Source: Candidatus Arthromitus sp. SFB-rat-Yit (GTDB taxonomy: Bacteria; Bacillota; Clostridia; Clostridiales; Clostridiaceae). From it: a DNA stretch of 32,000 nt. Location of the stretch: the NCBI RefSeq assembly GCF_000283555.1, contig NC_016012.1, positions 690,001 to 722,000 of the forward strand, in the 5' to 3' direction. Under the pieces are notes generated by a model. It worked only from the letters and a program-made list of their open reading frames with translations. It did no database searches and had not been told where the DNA came from. A program made the translations under genes and the position numbers. Shown piece by piece: positions 18,870-29,345 of this stretch (the stretch's first letter is position 1; every line of letters begins with the position of its first letter).

Positions 18870-21008
18870 ATGTCCAAAGTTCGAATTTATGAGTTAGCGA
18901 AAGCTGTAAATAAATCAAGTAAAGAATTAATATCGATTCTTAAAGATGAATTTGATGTAGACGTAAAAAATCATATGAGTGTTTTAAGTGATGAGGATAG
19001 CGAGCTAATAAAAGAATATTTTGAGATAAAGGATAATGATTCTGAGTTAGAAGATGATATGTATAACAAAGAACAAGAAAATGTTTTTAAAAATGATATT
19101 GTTCAAGAGTACGAAGACATTATAATTGAGCAAATTGATAAGCAAACTTCGAAAAATAAAAACAAGAATAAGAATAATAAAAAACAATCCTCATTTAAAA
19201 ACAAGAAAAATGTAACAACTTATGAGAGTGATAGTGAAGTAAATGATGGGATTTTGGAGATTGGTAGAACTATAAGTGTTAAAGATCTCGCACAAAAACT
19301 CAATAAATCAACAGCAGATGTTATTAAAAATTTAATGTTTTTGGGTTTAATGGTTTCGATAAATCAAGAGATAGATTTTGATGTTGCAAAAAAACTTTGT
19401 GACAAATATGAAGTTGAATGTATCCAAAAAGAAGAAAGTTTAAATAATGATAAGTATGAATTAACGAATGATTTGAATGAAGTTAAATCAGAAAATTTAT
19501 CAAAAAGACCTCCGATAATTACTGTAATGGGTCATGTAGACCACGGAAAAACATCTTTACTTGATTGTATTAGAAAAACAAATGTATCACAAAAAGAAGC
19601 TGGTGGAATAACTCAACATATTGGAGCTTATAAAGTTCAAGTTAAGGATGAAATTATAACTTTTATAGACACACCAGGACATGAAGCCTTCACACAAATG
19701 AGAGCTAGAGGTGCTAAGGTTACAGATATAGTTGTCCTTGTTGTTGCAGCAGATGACGGAATAATGCCTCAAACAGTTGAAGCTATAAATCATTGCAAAT
19801 CTGCTAATGTACCAATAATAGTTGCCGTTAATAAAATTGATAAACCTGAGGCAAATGTTGATAAAGTTAAACAAGAACTTACTGAATATGAAATTGTAGC
19901 TGAAGATTGGGGAGGCAATACAGTATTTGTAAATGTTTCTGCAAAAACTGGAGAAGGTATAGAAGAATTATTAGAAATGATTGTATTAACTGCAGATATA
20001 CAAGAATTAACTTCAGATAAAAATTCACCTCCAAAAGGCACGGTTATCGAATCTAGACTCGATAAAGGACGTGGACCTTTAGCAACGTTACTTGTTCAAG
20101 ATGGAACTCTTAGAATTGGAGATTGTGTTGTTGTTGGTAATGCATATGGTAAAATTAGAGCGATGTATGATGAAAATGATATAGCAATAAAAGAAGCAGG
20201 TCCATCAATTCCAGTACTTATTCTTGGCTTAAATGAAGTTCCAGATGCTGGAGATAGATTTGAGTTTGTAAAAGATGAGAAGATTGCTAGACAAATTTCA
20301 AATAATAGGAAGCAACAAATTAAAGATAACCAAACGAAGAATTCAAAAGTATCTCTAGAAACTGTTTATAGTCAAATTAAAGATGGAACAATAAAAGAGC
20401 TTAGCGTAATAGTTAAATCTGATGTCCAAGGATCTTCAGAAGCATTAAAACAATCTTTGGAAAAACTATCGTCAGAGAGTATTAAAGTTAAAGTTATTCA
20501 TAGTGCAGTGGGAGCAATTAATGAGAGTGATATTATATTTGCTAGTACATCAAATGCTATAATAATTGGATTCAATGTAAGACCTGATAATAATGCTCTT
20601 TCTTTAGCTGACAAAGAGAAGGTGGATATAAGAACATATAGACTTATATATGAGGCTCTTGACGATATAAAATCAGCTATGATTGGACTTTTAGATCCGG
20701 ATATTAAAGAAGTATATCTTGGACGTGTTGAAATAAGGCAAATATATAAAATATCTAATGTTGGAACAGTTGCAGGTTGTTATGTTTTAGATGGTAAATT
20801 AACGAGAAACTGTAATGTAAGAATTTTGCGTCAAGGTGTTGTTATTTTTGAATCTAAGTTGTCATCTTTAAAAAGGTTTAAAGATGATGTAAAAGAAGTT
20901 AATAAAGGATATGAGTGCGGTTTATCTATAGAAAATTTTAATGATATAAAGGAAGAAGATATAATTGAAGGATTTGAAATGAAGGAATTCAAAAGAAATG
21001 ACCTTTAA
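18870..21008 (+). CDS. infB: translation initiation factor IF-2
   Basis: G-domain motifs [20 protein letters not shown] and NKID. The N-terminal region is Lys/Asn/acidic-rich, and a GGGAGG SD lies upstream. Confidence 0.97.
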   Translation: MSKVRIYELAKAVNKSSKELISILKDEFDVDVKNHMSVLSDEDSELIKEYFEIKDNDSELEDDMYNKEQENVFKNDIVQEYEDIIIEQIDKQTSKNKNKNKNNKKQSSFKNKKNVTTYESDSEVNDGILEIGRTISVKDLAQKLNKSTADVIKNLMFLGLMVSINQEIDFDVAKKLCDKYEVECIQKEESLNNDKYELTNDLNEVKSENLSKRPPIITVMGHVDHGKTSLLDCIRKTNVSQKEAGGITQHIGAYKVQVKDEIITFIDTPGHEAFTQMRARGAKVTDIVVLVVAADDGIMPQTVEAINHCKSANVPIIVAVNKIDKPEANVDKVKQELTEYEIVAEDWGGNTVFVNVSAKTGEGIEELLEMIVLTADIQELTSDKNSPPKGTVIESRLDKGRGPLATLLVQDGTLRIGDCVVVGNAYGKIRAMYDENDIAIKEAGPSIPVLILGLNEVPDAGDRFEFVKDEKIARQISNNRKQQIKDNQTKNSKVSLETVYSQIKDGTIKELSVIVKSDVQGSSEALKQSLEKLSSESIKVKVIHSAVGAINESDIIFASTSNAIIIGFNVRPDNNALSLADKEKVDIRTYRLIYEALDDIKSAMIGLLDPDIKEVYLGRVEIRQIYKISNVGTVAGCYVLDGKLTRNCNVRILRQGVVIFESKLSSLKRFKDDVKEVNKGYECGLSIENFNDIKEEDIIEGFEMKEFKRNDL

Positions 21009-21029
21009 TTAATATAGAGGTGATAAATT

Positions 21030-21386
21030 TTGGGAAAGTTTAGAATAGATAGAGTTAACGAGGAAATAAAGAAAGCGATAAGTTCTTGCATACAAAATGA
21101 TTTGAGAGATTCAAGGATTACAGGATTAATAACTGTAACAAGAGTTGATACTGCTACGGATCTTAAAACTGTAAAAGTTTATCTAAGTGTTTTTGATAAG
21201 AATAGGAATGAAATATTTGAAATTTTAAAGAAGTCTGTTGGTAAAATGAAAAATTCAATAGCTAGAAATGTGAAAATCAGATTTATTCCTGAAATTGATC
21301 TAAAGATGGATAACTCAATAGAGTATAGTTTTCACATTGATGAAATATTGAAGAAAACCAATAAAGAGGATTTTAATAATGATTAA
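21030..21386 (+). CDS. rbfA: ribosome-binding factor A
   Basis: 118 aa with an RbfA-like N-terminus (RVNEEIKKAIS, ITVTRVDTATDLKTVKVYLSV). It sits after infB and has a TTG start with an AGAGGTG SD. Confidence 0.9.
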   Translation: MGKFRIDRVNEEIKKAISSCIQNDLRDSRITGLITVTRVDTATDLKTVKVYLSVFDKNRNEIFEILKKSVGKMKNSIARNVKIRFIPEIDLKMDNSIEYSFHIDEILKKTNKEDFNND

Positions 21387-22338
21387 ATTTGATGATATCA
21401 AATCCTTAATTAAAGATTCCGAAAATATAGGACTTAGCTATCATGTATCACCTGATGGAGATGCGGTTGGTAGTTTGTTGTCCTTATATTTTGCATTAAA
21501 AAAATTAAATAAAAATGTAACGATTTTCTCTAAAGATAATTTAACTAATACTATCAATTTAAGATTTTTACCATCAATTAACGAAATAGATGGGATGAAT
21601 TATTTCGTAACTTCGGATATTGATCTTTTAATAATTTTAGATTGTGGCAATGTCGAAAGGGTTTCGTGTGAAGTGGATTTCGACAAGACTACAACGCTTG
21701 GAATTGATCATCATATTAGCAATGATATGTATTGTACTTATAATTTTGTGCAAGGCGATGCTAGTTCTACTGGAGAAATTGTATTTGATATTATAAAAAA
21801 TTTAGGGATCGAAATAGACCAAAATATTGCAAAATGCATTTACACATCTATAATGACTGATACTGGTGGTTTAAGATTTGAATCTACATCGCAAAAAACT
21901 TTTAATATAGTTGGTGAATTGGTTGCGACTAAGTTTGATTTTTGGAATACATATGAGCAATTATTTTTATATAAAACATTTTCAAAAGTTAAGCTTTTAG
22001 GATTGGTTTATAATGAATTGAAGTTAGTTGACAATCAAATATGTGTTATACATGTAACAAATGATATGCTAAATAAATCAAACTCCACAGATGAACAAAC
22101 AAATGATATTGTAAGTTATGGATTAACTATTGATGGAGTTAGAGTGAGTATTTTAATTAAAGATTTTAATGGTAAACACAAAGTTAGTTTGAGAAGTAAA
22201 GGGTGTATAAATGTTTGTGAAATAGCTAAAAAATTTGGCGGTGGTGGACATATTAAAGCATCTGCATTTGTTACTGATTTGAAGAGAGATGTTATAGAAA
22301 GAATGTTGGTTGAGGAGTTTAGGAATCTTTTAAAATGA
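21379..22338 (+). CDS. nrnA: DHH/DHHA1-family phosphoesterase (NrnA-type nanoRNase / pAp phosphatase)
   Basis: Motifs HVSPDGDAVGS, ILDCGN, GIDHHISN and the DHHA1 motif GGGGHIKASA. It overlaps rbfA by 8 nt. The specific NrnA assignment is by family and position only. Confidence 0.75.
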   Translation: MIKFDDIKSLIKDSENIGLSYHVSPDGDAVGSLLSLYFALKKLNKNVTIFSKDNLTNTINLRFLPSINEIDGMNYFVTSDIDLLIILDCGNVERVSCEVDFDKTTTLGIDHHISNDMYCTYNFVQGDASSTGEIVFDIIKNLGIEIDQNIAKCIYTSIMTDTGGLRFESTSQKTFNIVGELVATKFDFWNTYEQLFLYKTFSKVKLLGLVYNELKLVDNQICVIHVTNDMLNKSNSTDEQTNDIVSYGLTIDGVRVSILIKDFNGKHKVSLRSKGCINVCEIAKKFGGGGHIKASAFVTDLKRDVIERMLVEEFRNLLK

Positions 22339-23216
22339 TGTGTGGAGTTATAAATGTTTATAAACCTCAAAATGTTACTTCAAATTACATCGTAATAAAA
22401 ATCAAGAAGTTGTTAAACACAAAAAAAGTTGGTCATACTGGAACTTTAGATTTATTAGCTTGTGGTGTGTTACCAATCTGTATTGGTAATGCTACTAAAA
22501 TAAGCGAATATTTGATTAATAAAGATAAAGTTTATAGTGTTAAAATAAAATTTGGAATTTTAACAGATACATATGATTGTGAAGGAAGTATAGTAAAAAG
22601 GGATTTGGAATTTAGGCTAGATAAAAATAAATTGTTAAGTATTATAGAAAATTTTGTTGGAACACAAGAACAGGTTCCACCGAATTATTCTGCTTTAAAG
22701 ATTAATGGGAAAAGAGCGTATGAACTTGCGAGAAATGGAATTGAATTTAAACTTAAAGCTCGAAAAATATCAATCTATTTTATAAAGGATATTGTTATTG
22801 ATGAAAAGAATAATGAATGTTCTTTTATTGTTAAATGTTCTAAGGGTACTTACATAAGAAGTTTATGTAAAGATATTGCAGATAAAATGGGTACATATGG
22901 GACTATGACTTTTTTAGAAAGATTGGAGAGCGGAAAGTTTAAAAAGGATACGGCGTTAGATTTTGAAACTATAGATGATGATAAAATCAAAAAAAATTTG
23001 ATACCTATTGATGATGTTCTCGATTATCCCAAAATTGAAATAAATGACCCCACTGCTATAAAACTTTTGACAAATGGAGTTTCTGTTAAAAATCCAAATT
23101 ATATAAATGAAATTGCTGAAGGATTGTATTTGCTTTATGTTAAGGGGAGTTTGGTAGGTGTTTGTGAGCGAAATATGCTTTCTTTAAGTGTTACTAAATT
23201 TTTAAATCAAAGGTAA
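22335..23216 (+). CDS. truB: tRNA pseudouridine(55) synthase
   Basis: Motifs VYKPQNVTS and GHTGTLDLLACGVLPICIG. Its ATGA overlaps the upstream stop. Confidence 0.93.
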   Translation: MMCGVINVYKPQNVTSNYIVIKIKKLLNTKKVGHTGTLDLLACGVLPICIGNATKISEYLINKDKVYSVKIKFGILTDTYDCEGSIVKRDLEFRLDKNKLLSIIENFVGTQEQVPPNYSALKINGKRAYELARNGIEFKLKARKISIYFIKDIVIDEKNNECSFIVKCSKGTYIRSLCKDIADKMGTYGTMTFLERLESGKFKKDTALDFETIDDDKIKKNLIPIDDVLDYPKIEINDPTAIKLLTNGVSVKNPNYINEIAEGLYLLYVKGSLVGVCERNMLSLSVTKFLNQR

Positions 23217-23221
23217 TAGTT

Positions 23222-24145
23222 ATGAAAATAATTGATTCAGTTAATGAAAAAATAAATGATAGTACTGTTTTATGTATTGGGAATTTTGATGGAGTACATA
23301 GTGTTCACCAAAAGATAATAAACAAAGTCATTCAAGATGCTAAAAAAAATTACTGTAAAAGTATGGTTATAACTTTTAGACAACATCCTATGTCATTTTT
23401 AAATCCTAATAATGTTCCTAGAATATTGACACCCTTGAATGAAAAAATTCGAATATTTAAAGAAATGGGAGTGGATTATTTAGGGCTTTATGATTTTTTG
23501 GAAGTTAAAAATATTCCCCCAAAACAATTTGTAAAATATTTGGTCAATAATTATGGGATGAAAAAGATTGTATGTGGATTTAATTTTAGATTTGGATATA
23601 ATAATGTGGGAAACATTCAATATCTTAGTGAGCTTAGCAAAGAATTTGGTTTTGATGTAGATATTATTGAACTTTTGAATTTATACAACAAAAAGATAAG
23701 TAGTACAAAGATACGATCTTATATTAAATATGGCGATATTGAAAAAGCTAATGATTTTTTAGGTAGATTCTTTAGCATTACAGGTGAAGTTATTCGTGGA
23801 AAACAACTTGGTAGAAAATTAGGTTTTCCAACTGCAAATTTAAAATATGATGCTAAATTTTGTATACCACAAAATGGTGTGTATTCAACTATAACGGAAT
23901 TTAATGGGTGTAAGTATGCATCTATGACAAATATAGGATATAATCCTACATTTAGGAACAAATATATTTCCATTGAAACTTTCATATTAGATTTTGAAGG
24001 TGACCTATATAATCAAAAAATTAAAGTTAATTTTATAAAAAAATTGCGTAACGAAACTTTGTTTTCGGATGTACATGCACTTATAGATCAACTTGAAAAG
24101 GATAAAATAGACACTATAAATATAATAAAAAAATATTTAAAATGA
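23222..24145 (+). CDS. ribF: bifunctional riboflavin kinase / FAD synthetase
   Basis: N-terminal FAD-synthetase motif IGNFDGVHSVHQ and a C-terminal riboflavin kinase region (GRKLGFPTANL, GVYS, NIGYNPTF). Confidence 0.93.
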   Translation: MKIIDSVNEKINDSTVLCIGNFDGVHSVHQKIINKVIQDAKKNYCKSMVITFRQHPMSFLNPNNVPRILTPLNEKIRIFKEMGVDYLGLYDFLEVKNIPPKQFVKYLVNNYGMKKIVCGFNFRFGYNNVGNIQYLSELSKEFGFDVDIIELLNLYNKKISSTKIRSYIKYGDIEKANDFLGRFFSITGEVIRGKQLGRKLGFPTANLKYDAKFCIPQNGVYSTITEFNGCKYASMTNIGYNPTFRNKYISIETFILDFEGDLYNQKIKVNFIKKLRNETLFSDVHALIDQLEKDKIDTINIIKKYLK

Positions 24146-24244
24146 ATATAATATTTGTTATACTTAAGGTATGCAAACCTTGAACTAGGTTTTAGTTCTA
24201 GAAACTATAACTTGGTTTTGGGCGATTTATAGGAGGATAATTTT

Positions 24245-24511
24245 ATGATAAATAAAGAGAAAAAGCAAGAAGTAATTAAACAATATTCTAGACATGAAAA
24301 GGATACGGGATCTGCTGAGGTTCAAATAGCTTTACTTACAAAAAGAATTTCTGAATTAACAGAGCATTTAAAAGTACATAAAAAAGACCATCACTCAAGA
24401 AGAGGTTTACTTATTATGGTAGGTAAGAGAAGAGGATTGTTGAACTATATAATGAAACAAGATATTGATAAATATAGAAGCCTGATTAAAGATTTAGGAA
24501 TTAGAAGGTAA
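24245..24511 (+). CDS. rpsO: 30S ribosomal protein S15
   Basis: 88 aa with the S15 motif [28 protein letters not shown] and an AGGAGGA SD. Confidence 0.97.
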   Translation: MINKEKKQEVIKQYSRHEKDTGSAEVQIALLTKRISELTEHLKVHKKDHHSRRGLLIMVGKRRGLLNYIMKQDIDKYRSLIKDLGIRR

Positions 24512-24523
24512 ATTATTTTGTAG

Positions 24524-24549
24524 TAAGAGCGGTTTTTTATCCGCTCTTA
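24524..24549 (+). terminator. rpsO-pnp intergenic hairpin (weak terminator / processing or attenuation site)
   Basis: TAAGAGCGG (24524-24532) pairs with CCGCTCTTA (24541-24549) across an 8-nt loop. The downstream tract AATTTATATAA is only a weak U-tract, so partial readthrough into pnp is expected. Confidence 0.5.
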
Positions 24550-24583
24550 AATTTATATAAAACAAAGAAGGAGGAAATGTTTA

Positions 24584-26701
24584 GTGCTGAATACTTTAGA
24601 AACCATATTTGAAGGTAGAAAGTTATCTCTTAAAATTGGAGATTTGGGCATGTTATCAAATACTTCAATTATTGTAAGTTATGGAGATACATGTGTACTT
24701 GTTAATGCTAATGCCTCTGAAAAACCGAGAGAAGGTATAGATTTTTTTCCATTGAGTGTTGAATATGAGGAAAGATTATATTCGGTTGGTAAAATTCCAG
24801 GTGGATTTATAAAAAGAGAAGGTAAACCATCTACTCAAGCTATATTAAATGGAAGAGCTATTGATAGACCATTAAGACCATTATTTCCTAAAGGATATAG
24901 GAATGATGTTCAGGTAGTTTGTACAGTTATGTCTGTTGAAAATGATAATTTACCAGAAATATTAGCTATTAATGCAGCCTCATTGGCGTTGTGTATTTCT
25001 AATATTCCGTATACTGATCCTGTTGGAGCAGTTATGGTTGGCTTAGTTGATGGAAAGTTTGTGATAAATCCAACATCTAAACAAAGAGAAGAAACTAAGT
25101 TGAATTTAACAGTATGTGCAACTAGAGAAAGAGTTATAATGATTGAAGCTGGTGGATGTGAAATATCAGAAGATATTATGTATAACGCAATAAAGTTTGG
25201 GTTTGATGCTTGTCAAGAATTAATCAAGTTTCAATTAGATGCTGTCAAAAAATATGGAAGAGATAAGCTTGAGCCTGAACTTTATTCAGCTTCGGATGAA
25301 TTATCAAAAGAAGTGTATGAATTTTGCTACGATAAGATTAAAGACGTTATGTATACAACTGATAAAATTGAAAGAGCAGAAATAATGGGTGATCTTAAGA
25401 ATGTAATTAGTGATCATTTTAAAGAAATATATCCAGACAACATGATGGATGTGAATTATGTTGTTTACAATATTCAAAAAGAAATCGTTAGAAAAATGGT
25501 ATTAGACGAAAAGAGAAGACCAGATGGGAGAAATTTTGATGAAATAAGACCTATATCATGTGATGTATCTATACTTCCTAGAACTCATGGAACAGGATTA
25601 TTCACACGGGGACTTACTCAAGTATTAACTATAGCCACACTTGGACCGCTTGCTGATGTTCAAATTATTGATGGAATTGGAGAAGAGGAATATAAAAGAT
25701 ATATGCATCATTATAATTTTCCATCATATAGCGTTGGAGAAGTTAAGCCACTTAGAGGGCCAGGAAGACGTGAGATAGGACATGGAGCGTTGGCAGAGAA
25801 AGCACTTGAGCCATTAATACCTCCAACAGAAGAGTTCCCATATACTATACGTTTAGTATCTGAAGTTTTAAGCTCGAATGGTTCAACATCACAAGCTTCT
25901 GTTTGTGGAAGTACACTTGCATTGCTTGATGCAGGAGTTCCAATAAAAAGACCAGCTGCGGGTATAGCAATTGGATTGTTTACTAATGATGATTTAACAA
26001 GAGAAGAAATTTTGACCGATATACAAGGGGTAGAAGATTTCTTTGGCGATATGGATTTTAAAGTTGCAGGAACAGAAAAGGGAATAACAGCTATACAAGT
26101 TGATACAAAGATAAAAGGATTATCGTGGGATTGTATTAAAAAAAGTTTGGATTCAGCTAAGAAGGCTAGACTTGAAATTTTGGATAAGATAAATAAATGT
26201 ATTCCTAAGCATAGAAATGAGTTGTCTGAATATGCACCTAAGACTAAACTTATAAAAATTGATCCAGATAAGATAAGAGATGTAATAGGTATTGGTGGTA
26301 AAGTTATAAATAAAATTATTTCTGATGCTAATCTTAAGAAGCAGGCGATACATATAGAGGATGATGGACGTATATTTATTTCGGATTATGATATCAATAA
26401 GATTAATTACGCATTAAATCAAATAGAGATTATTACAAAAGAGATTAAGGTTGGAGAAGTTTATTTTGGAAAAGTTGTTAAGATAACAAATTTCGGTGCT
26501 TTTGTTGATATTTTTAATGGTAAAGAAGGATTAGTTCATATTTCTAAGCTTTCCAACAAAAAGTTTAATAAAATTGAGGATGCTGTTTCTGTTGGAGATG
26601 AAATATTAGTTAAGGTAATTGATATTGATTCACATGGAAGAATTAACTTATCTAGAAAAGATGTTTTGGATGACAATAAGCAGGAACAAAAAGATAATTA
26701 G
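24584..26701 (+). CDS. pnp: polyribonucleotide nucleotidyltransferase (PNPase)
   Basis: 705 aa with two RNase PH domains, a KH domain ([11 protein letters not shown]) and an S1 domain ([20 protein letters not shown]). GTG start 9 nt after GGAGG (24570-24574). Confidence 0.97.
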   Translation: MLNTLETIFEGRKLSLKIGDLGMLSNTSIIVSYGDTCVLVNANASEKPREGIDFFPLSVEYEERLYSVGKIPGGFIKREGKPSTQAILNGRAIDRPLRPLFPKGYRNDVQVVCTVMSVENDNLPEILAINAASLALCISNIPYTDPVGAVMVGLVDGKFVINPTSKQREETKLNLTVCATRERVIMIEAGGCEISEDIMYNAIKFGFDACQELIKFQLDAVKKYGRDKLEPELYSASDELSKEVYEFCYDKIKDVMYTTDKIERAEIMGDLKNVISDHFKEIYPDNMMDVNYVVYNIQKEIVRKMVLDEKRRPDGRNFDEIRPISCDVSILPRTHGTGLFTRGLTQVLTIATLGPLADVQIIDGIGEEEYKRYMHHYNFPSYSVGEVKPLRGPGRREIGHGALAEKALEPLIPPTEEFPYTIRLVSEVLSSNGSTSQASVCGSTLALLDAGVPIKRPAAGIAIGLFTNDDLTREEILTDIQGVEDFFGDMDFKVAGTEKGITAIQVDTKIKGLSWDCIKKSLDSAKKARLEILDKINKCIPKHRNELSEYAPKTKLIKIDPDKIRDVIGIGGKVINKIISDANLKKQAIHIEDDGRIFISDYDINKINYALNQIEIITKEIKVGEVYFGKVVKITNFGAFVDIFNGKEGLVHISKLSNKKFNKIEDAVSVGDEILVKVIDIDSHGRINLSRKDVLDDNKQEQKDN

Positions 26702-26730
26702 GACTATAAAACAGAATAATTTTATAAGAA

Positions 26731-26767
26731 AGCAAGAGATGAATATCCTTGCTATTTTTTATTTTTT
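26731..26767 (+). terminator. intrinsic terminator after pnp
   Basis: AGCAAG(A)GAT (26731-26740) pairs with ATCCTTGCT (45-53) with one bulged A and a GAAT loop, followed by ATTTTTTATTTTTT. Confidence 0.65.
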
Positions 26768-26817
26768 AAGTACTAAAAAATAAAAAAAATAATACCTTAT
26801 ATTAGGAGGTAATAGCT

Positions 26818-27105
26818 ATGCATAAAAAAGATAAACCTTATAGTGAAATACAACGCTATGAAATTATTAATATAAGTGATGCAGAGAAATATGGAAGTTT
26901 ATTTAATCATGACTTAATTATTGATAAGTATGGAAATTTTAAATTTATAGCTTTAAATATAGGAAGAGGGGGAAACTCATTTTTTAGAAATTCAAAACAA
27001 TTTTATAAAATACCGTGGAGTTCAATAAAAAAAATAGGAACAAAAACAATTATAATTGATTTTGATAATATAGATGAAAAATTACTTGATTCAGACGCTT
27101 ATTAA
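26818..27105 (+). CDS. ymxH: YlmC/YmxH-family PRC-barrel protein
   Basis: 95 aa. The pattern EIINISDAEKYGSLFNHDLIIDKYGNF...KIPWSSIKKIGTKTIIID fits the YlmC/YmxH family. Its position after pnp and before an aspartate kinase mirrors B. subtilis ymxH (from memory). Confidence 0.75.
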   Translation: MHKKDKPYSEIQRYEIINISDAEKYGSLFNHDLIIDKYGNFKFIALNIGRGGNSFFRNSKQFYKIPWSSIKKIGTKTIIIDFDNIDEKLLDSDAY

Positions 27106-27129
27106 TTTAAAGATGGGGTTTAAATAACT

Positions 27130-28329
27130 ATGGAGCTTATATTACAAAAGTTTGGTGGAACATCAGTACAAACAAAAAAATCTAGATTAATGTGTATTAA
27201 AAAAGTAGAGCAATCTTTGAAGTATAATAATAAATTGGTTGTAGTTATATCAGCTATCGGAAGAAAGGAAGACCCTTATTCTACAGATATGTTATTATCG
27301 TTAATTTCAGATAACTTTAGAAAAAGATATCCAAAATATACTGATAAATTAATAAGTTGTGGCGAAATAATTAGTGCAATAATATTTGCATCAGAACTTA
27401 GAGATAGAGGTATAAATGCAATTCCTGTTGTAGGTAAGGATATCGGAATAATTACTGATGATAACTTCGGAAATGCGAATATTTTAGAAATAAATACCGA
27501 AAAAATAGTTTCGTTATTGAATGATGGAATTGTACCAATAATTGCTGGATTCCAAGGAATAACAAGTGATGGAGATATAACAACATTAGGTAGAGGCGGA
27601 AGCGATATATCTGCCGTTAAATTGGCTGAAGTCTTAGAATGTAATAAAGTTCAATTTTTTAAAGATGTTGATGGACTTATGACTGTAGATCCTAAGATAG
27701 TCGTTAATGCAAAATCTATTGATGAGATAAGTTATGAAGAACTATTTGAACTATCTATTTTTGGGAATAATATTATTCACCCAAAGGCTGTTAAAATTGC
27801 GATGGAAAGCAATATACCTATCGTAATTAAAAATACATTCAATGATTTTAAAGGGACTGTTATAAATAATAATTCAAAAGATAATGATGATGTATTTAAA
27901 GGAATGACTTATTTAAAAAATTGTGTGCAGATAAAAATATTTAGAGATGAAAATAAGGAAAATCAAAATTATTATAAGGTGTTTCAAGAAATATCAACTA
28001 AAAATATAGTCATTGATTTTATAAATATTTTTACAGATCACAAGATCTTTACCGTGTATAAAAAAGATTTTGGTGATATTATAAATATTTTGGACAATTA
28101 TAATTTGAAGTACTCTATTATAGAAAATTGTTCCAAGATTGGTATAGTTAAAGCAAATCTTAAAAATGTTTCTATAACTATGGCTAAACTTATTGAGCTT
28201 CTTCATAAAGAAAATATTGAGGTTATGCAAACGAATCATTCTAATATGAGTATTTGGTTGCTTGTTAAAAATGATGATCTTGATAAGAGTCTTAATGCTA
28301 TTCATAATAATTTTTTCGTTACAAATTAA
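27130..28329 (+). CDS. aspartate kinase (monofunctional; DapG-like by position)
   Basis: Motifs KFGGTSV, VVVISAIG and TLGRGGSDISAV, with a C-terminal ACT-like regulatory region. 399 aa. Confidence 0.9.
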   Translation: MELILQKFGGTSVQTKKSRLMCIKKVEQSLKYNNKLVVVISAIGRKEDPYSTDMLLSLISDNFRKRYPKYTDKLISCGEIISAIIFASELRDRGINAIPVVGKDIGIITDDNFGNANILEINTEKIVSLLNDGIVPIIAGFQGITSDGDITTLGRGGSDISAVKLAEVLECNKVQFFKDVDGLMTVDPKIVVNAKSIDEISYEELFELSIFGNNIIHPKAVKIAMESNIPIVIKNTFNDFKGTVINNNSKDNDDVFKGMTYLKNCVQIKIFRDENKENQNYYKVFQEISTKNIVIDFINIFTDHKIFTVYKKDFGDIINILDNYNLKYSIIENCSKIGIVKANLKNVSITMAKLIELLHKENIEVMQTNHSNMSIWLLVKNDDLDKSLNAIHNNFFVTN

Positions 28330-28330
28330 A

Positions 28331-28369
28331 AATTAGCAGGTCGTATTGGACTTGCTAATTTTATTTTTT
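28331..28369 (+). terminator. intrinsic terminator after aspartate kinase
   Basis: AATTAGCAGGTC (28331-28342) pairs with GACTTGCTAATT (28349-28360), giving 12 bp with one G-U pair and a 6-nt loop, then TTATTTTTT. Confidence 0.8.
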
Positions 28370-28439
28370 GTATAAATTAAGTTTTTGTTCACAAAATAAT
28401 AAAGATATTTTTGTTTATCAATTGAAGGGAGTAAAAGTT

Positions 28440-29225
28440 ATGTTTTATGATATGCCTAGCATTTATAAGAATGCTTTTCAATTTTTATCGGCAACAGGAC
28501 AGTTAGGAGATGGAAAAGATCAAAAATCGGATCCAACTGAAACAGCAAAGAATATTAAAGATTTTGGTATGATTGAAGTTGTAAATTCACAAGATCCAGC
28601 GAATTATATACAGACAATAAATATAATTGGACAAATTGAAGGTCATGGTGTTGCATCTCCTCAAACAAAAAGCACAAAGTATGAGCACGTTATACCTCAA
28701 TTGATTGCTATGGAACAAAATCCAAATGTAAGAGGAGTTCTTATAACTCTAAATACTCTTGGTGGGGATGTTGAAGCTGGACTTGCTATAGCTGAAATGA
28801 TAAACAGTTTAAGTATGCCTACGGTATCTTTGGTTTTAGGTGGAAGTCATTCTATTGGAGTGCCTCTTGCGACTGCGTCTGATTATGCCTTTATAACACC
28901 ATCAGCAACGATGATATTACATCCTATTAGAATGAATGGGCTTATTATTGGGGTTCCACAAACGTTTGATTATTTTAAAAAGATGCAAGAGAGAATCAAT
29001 GATTTCATTGTTAGGACAAGTAGTATTAAAAATGATGTTTTAGATAAGTTATTACAACAGACGGGTGATTTGTTAAATGATATGGGTACTATTTTAATTG
29101 GACAAGAGGCTGTTGATGTTGGATTGATTGAAGAAGTTGGTGGGATAACTGACGCACTTAAAAAGTTGAATTCTATGATTAAGGATAAAGAAAAGGAAAA
29201 CAAATCTATTGAAGAGAATAAATAA
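28440..29225 (+). CDS. tepA: ClpP-family protein, TepA-like (translocation-enhancing protein)
   Basis: ClpP/crotonase-fold motifs LNTLGGDVEAGLAIAEMI, GGSHSIGVPLA and ILHPIRMNG, positioned upstream of ftsK as with B. subtilis tepA. Start ATG 28440 (GAAGGGAG SD) is preferred over the track's 28368, which overlaps the terminator. Confidence 0.75.
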   Translation: MFYDMPSIYKNAFQFLSATGQLGDGKDQKSDPTETAKNIKDFGMIEVVNSQDPANYIQTINIIGQIEGHGVASPQTKSTKYEHVIPQLIAMEQNPNVRGVLITLNTLGGDVEAGLAIAEMINSLSMPTVSLVLGGSHSIGVPLATASDYAFITPSATMILHPIRMNGLIIGVPQTFDYFKKMQERINDFIVRTSSIKNDVLDKLLQQTGDLLNDMGTILIGQEAVDVGLIEEVGGITDALKKLNSMIKDKEKENKSIEENK

Positions 29226-29345
29226 AGATAAGTAATTTATTATTGAAATAATTGTATATTTATGACAAAATATTTTGTACTAAATATTTCTTTTCAATAA
29301 AGTATATATAAGTTTGAAATAAGTTTTAAAGAGGTTTTGGGAAAT

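Noticed and set aside
19150-19212. Lys/Asn repeat ([20 protein letters not shown]) in the IF-2 N-terminal region, seen as AAT/AAA/AAG-rich quasi-repetitive DNA.
   Set aside because: This is compositional low complexity, typical of the variable IF-2 N-terminal domain in AT-rich genomes. It is not a discrete tandem repeat unit.
26702-27129. Possible lysine (L-box) riboswitch or T-box upstream of the aspartate kinase.
   Set aside because: Only 24 nt separate ymxH from the kinase, and only 116 nt (partly occupied by the pnp terminator) precede ymxH. That is too short for an L-box or T-box, and no conserved riboswitch core sequences were recognised.
29265-29278. Perfect 14-bp palindrome ACAAAATATTTTGT in the tepA-ftsK spacer, flanked by TATTGAAA...TTTCAATA. 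It superficially resembles NrdR-type or other AT-rich operators.
   Set aside because: It is made almost entirely of A/T in a spacer that is itself nearly all A/T, so a palindrome of this length is expected by chance. There is no second box at operator-like spacing and no gene context (such as nrd) to support a known regulator. It might still be a site, but the sequence alone does not justify a call.
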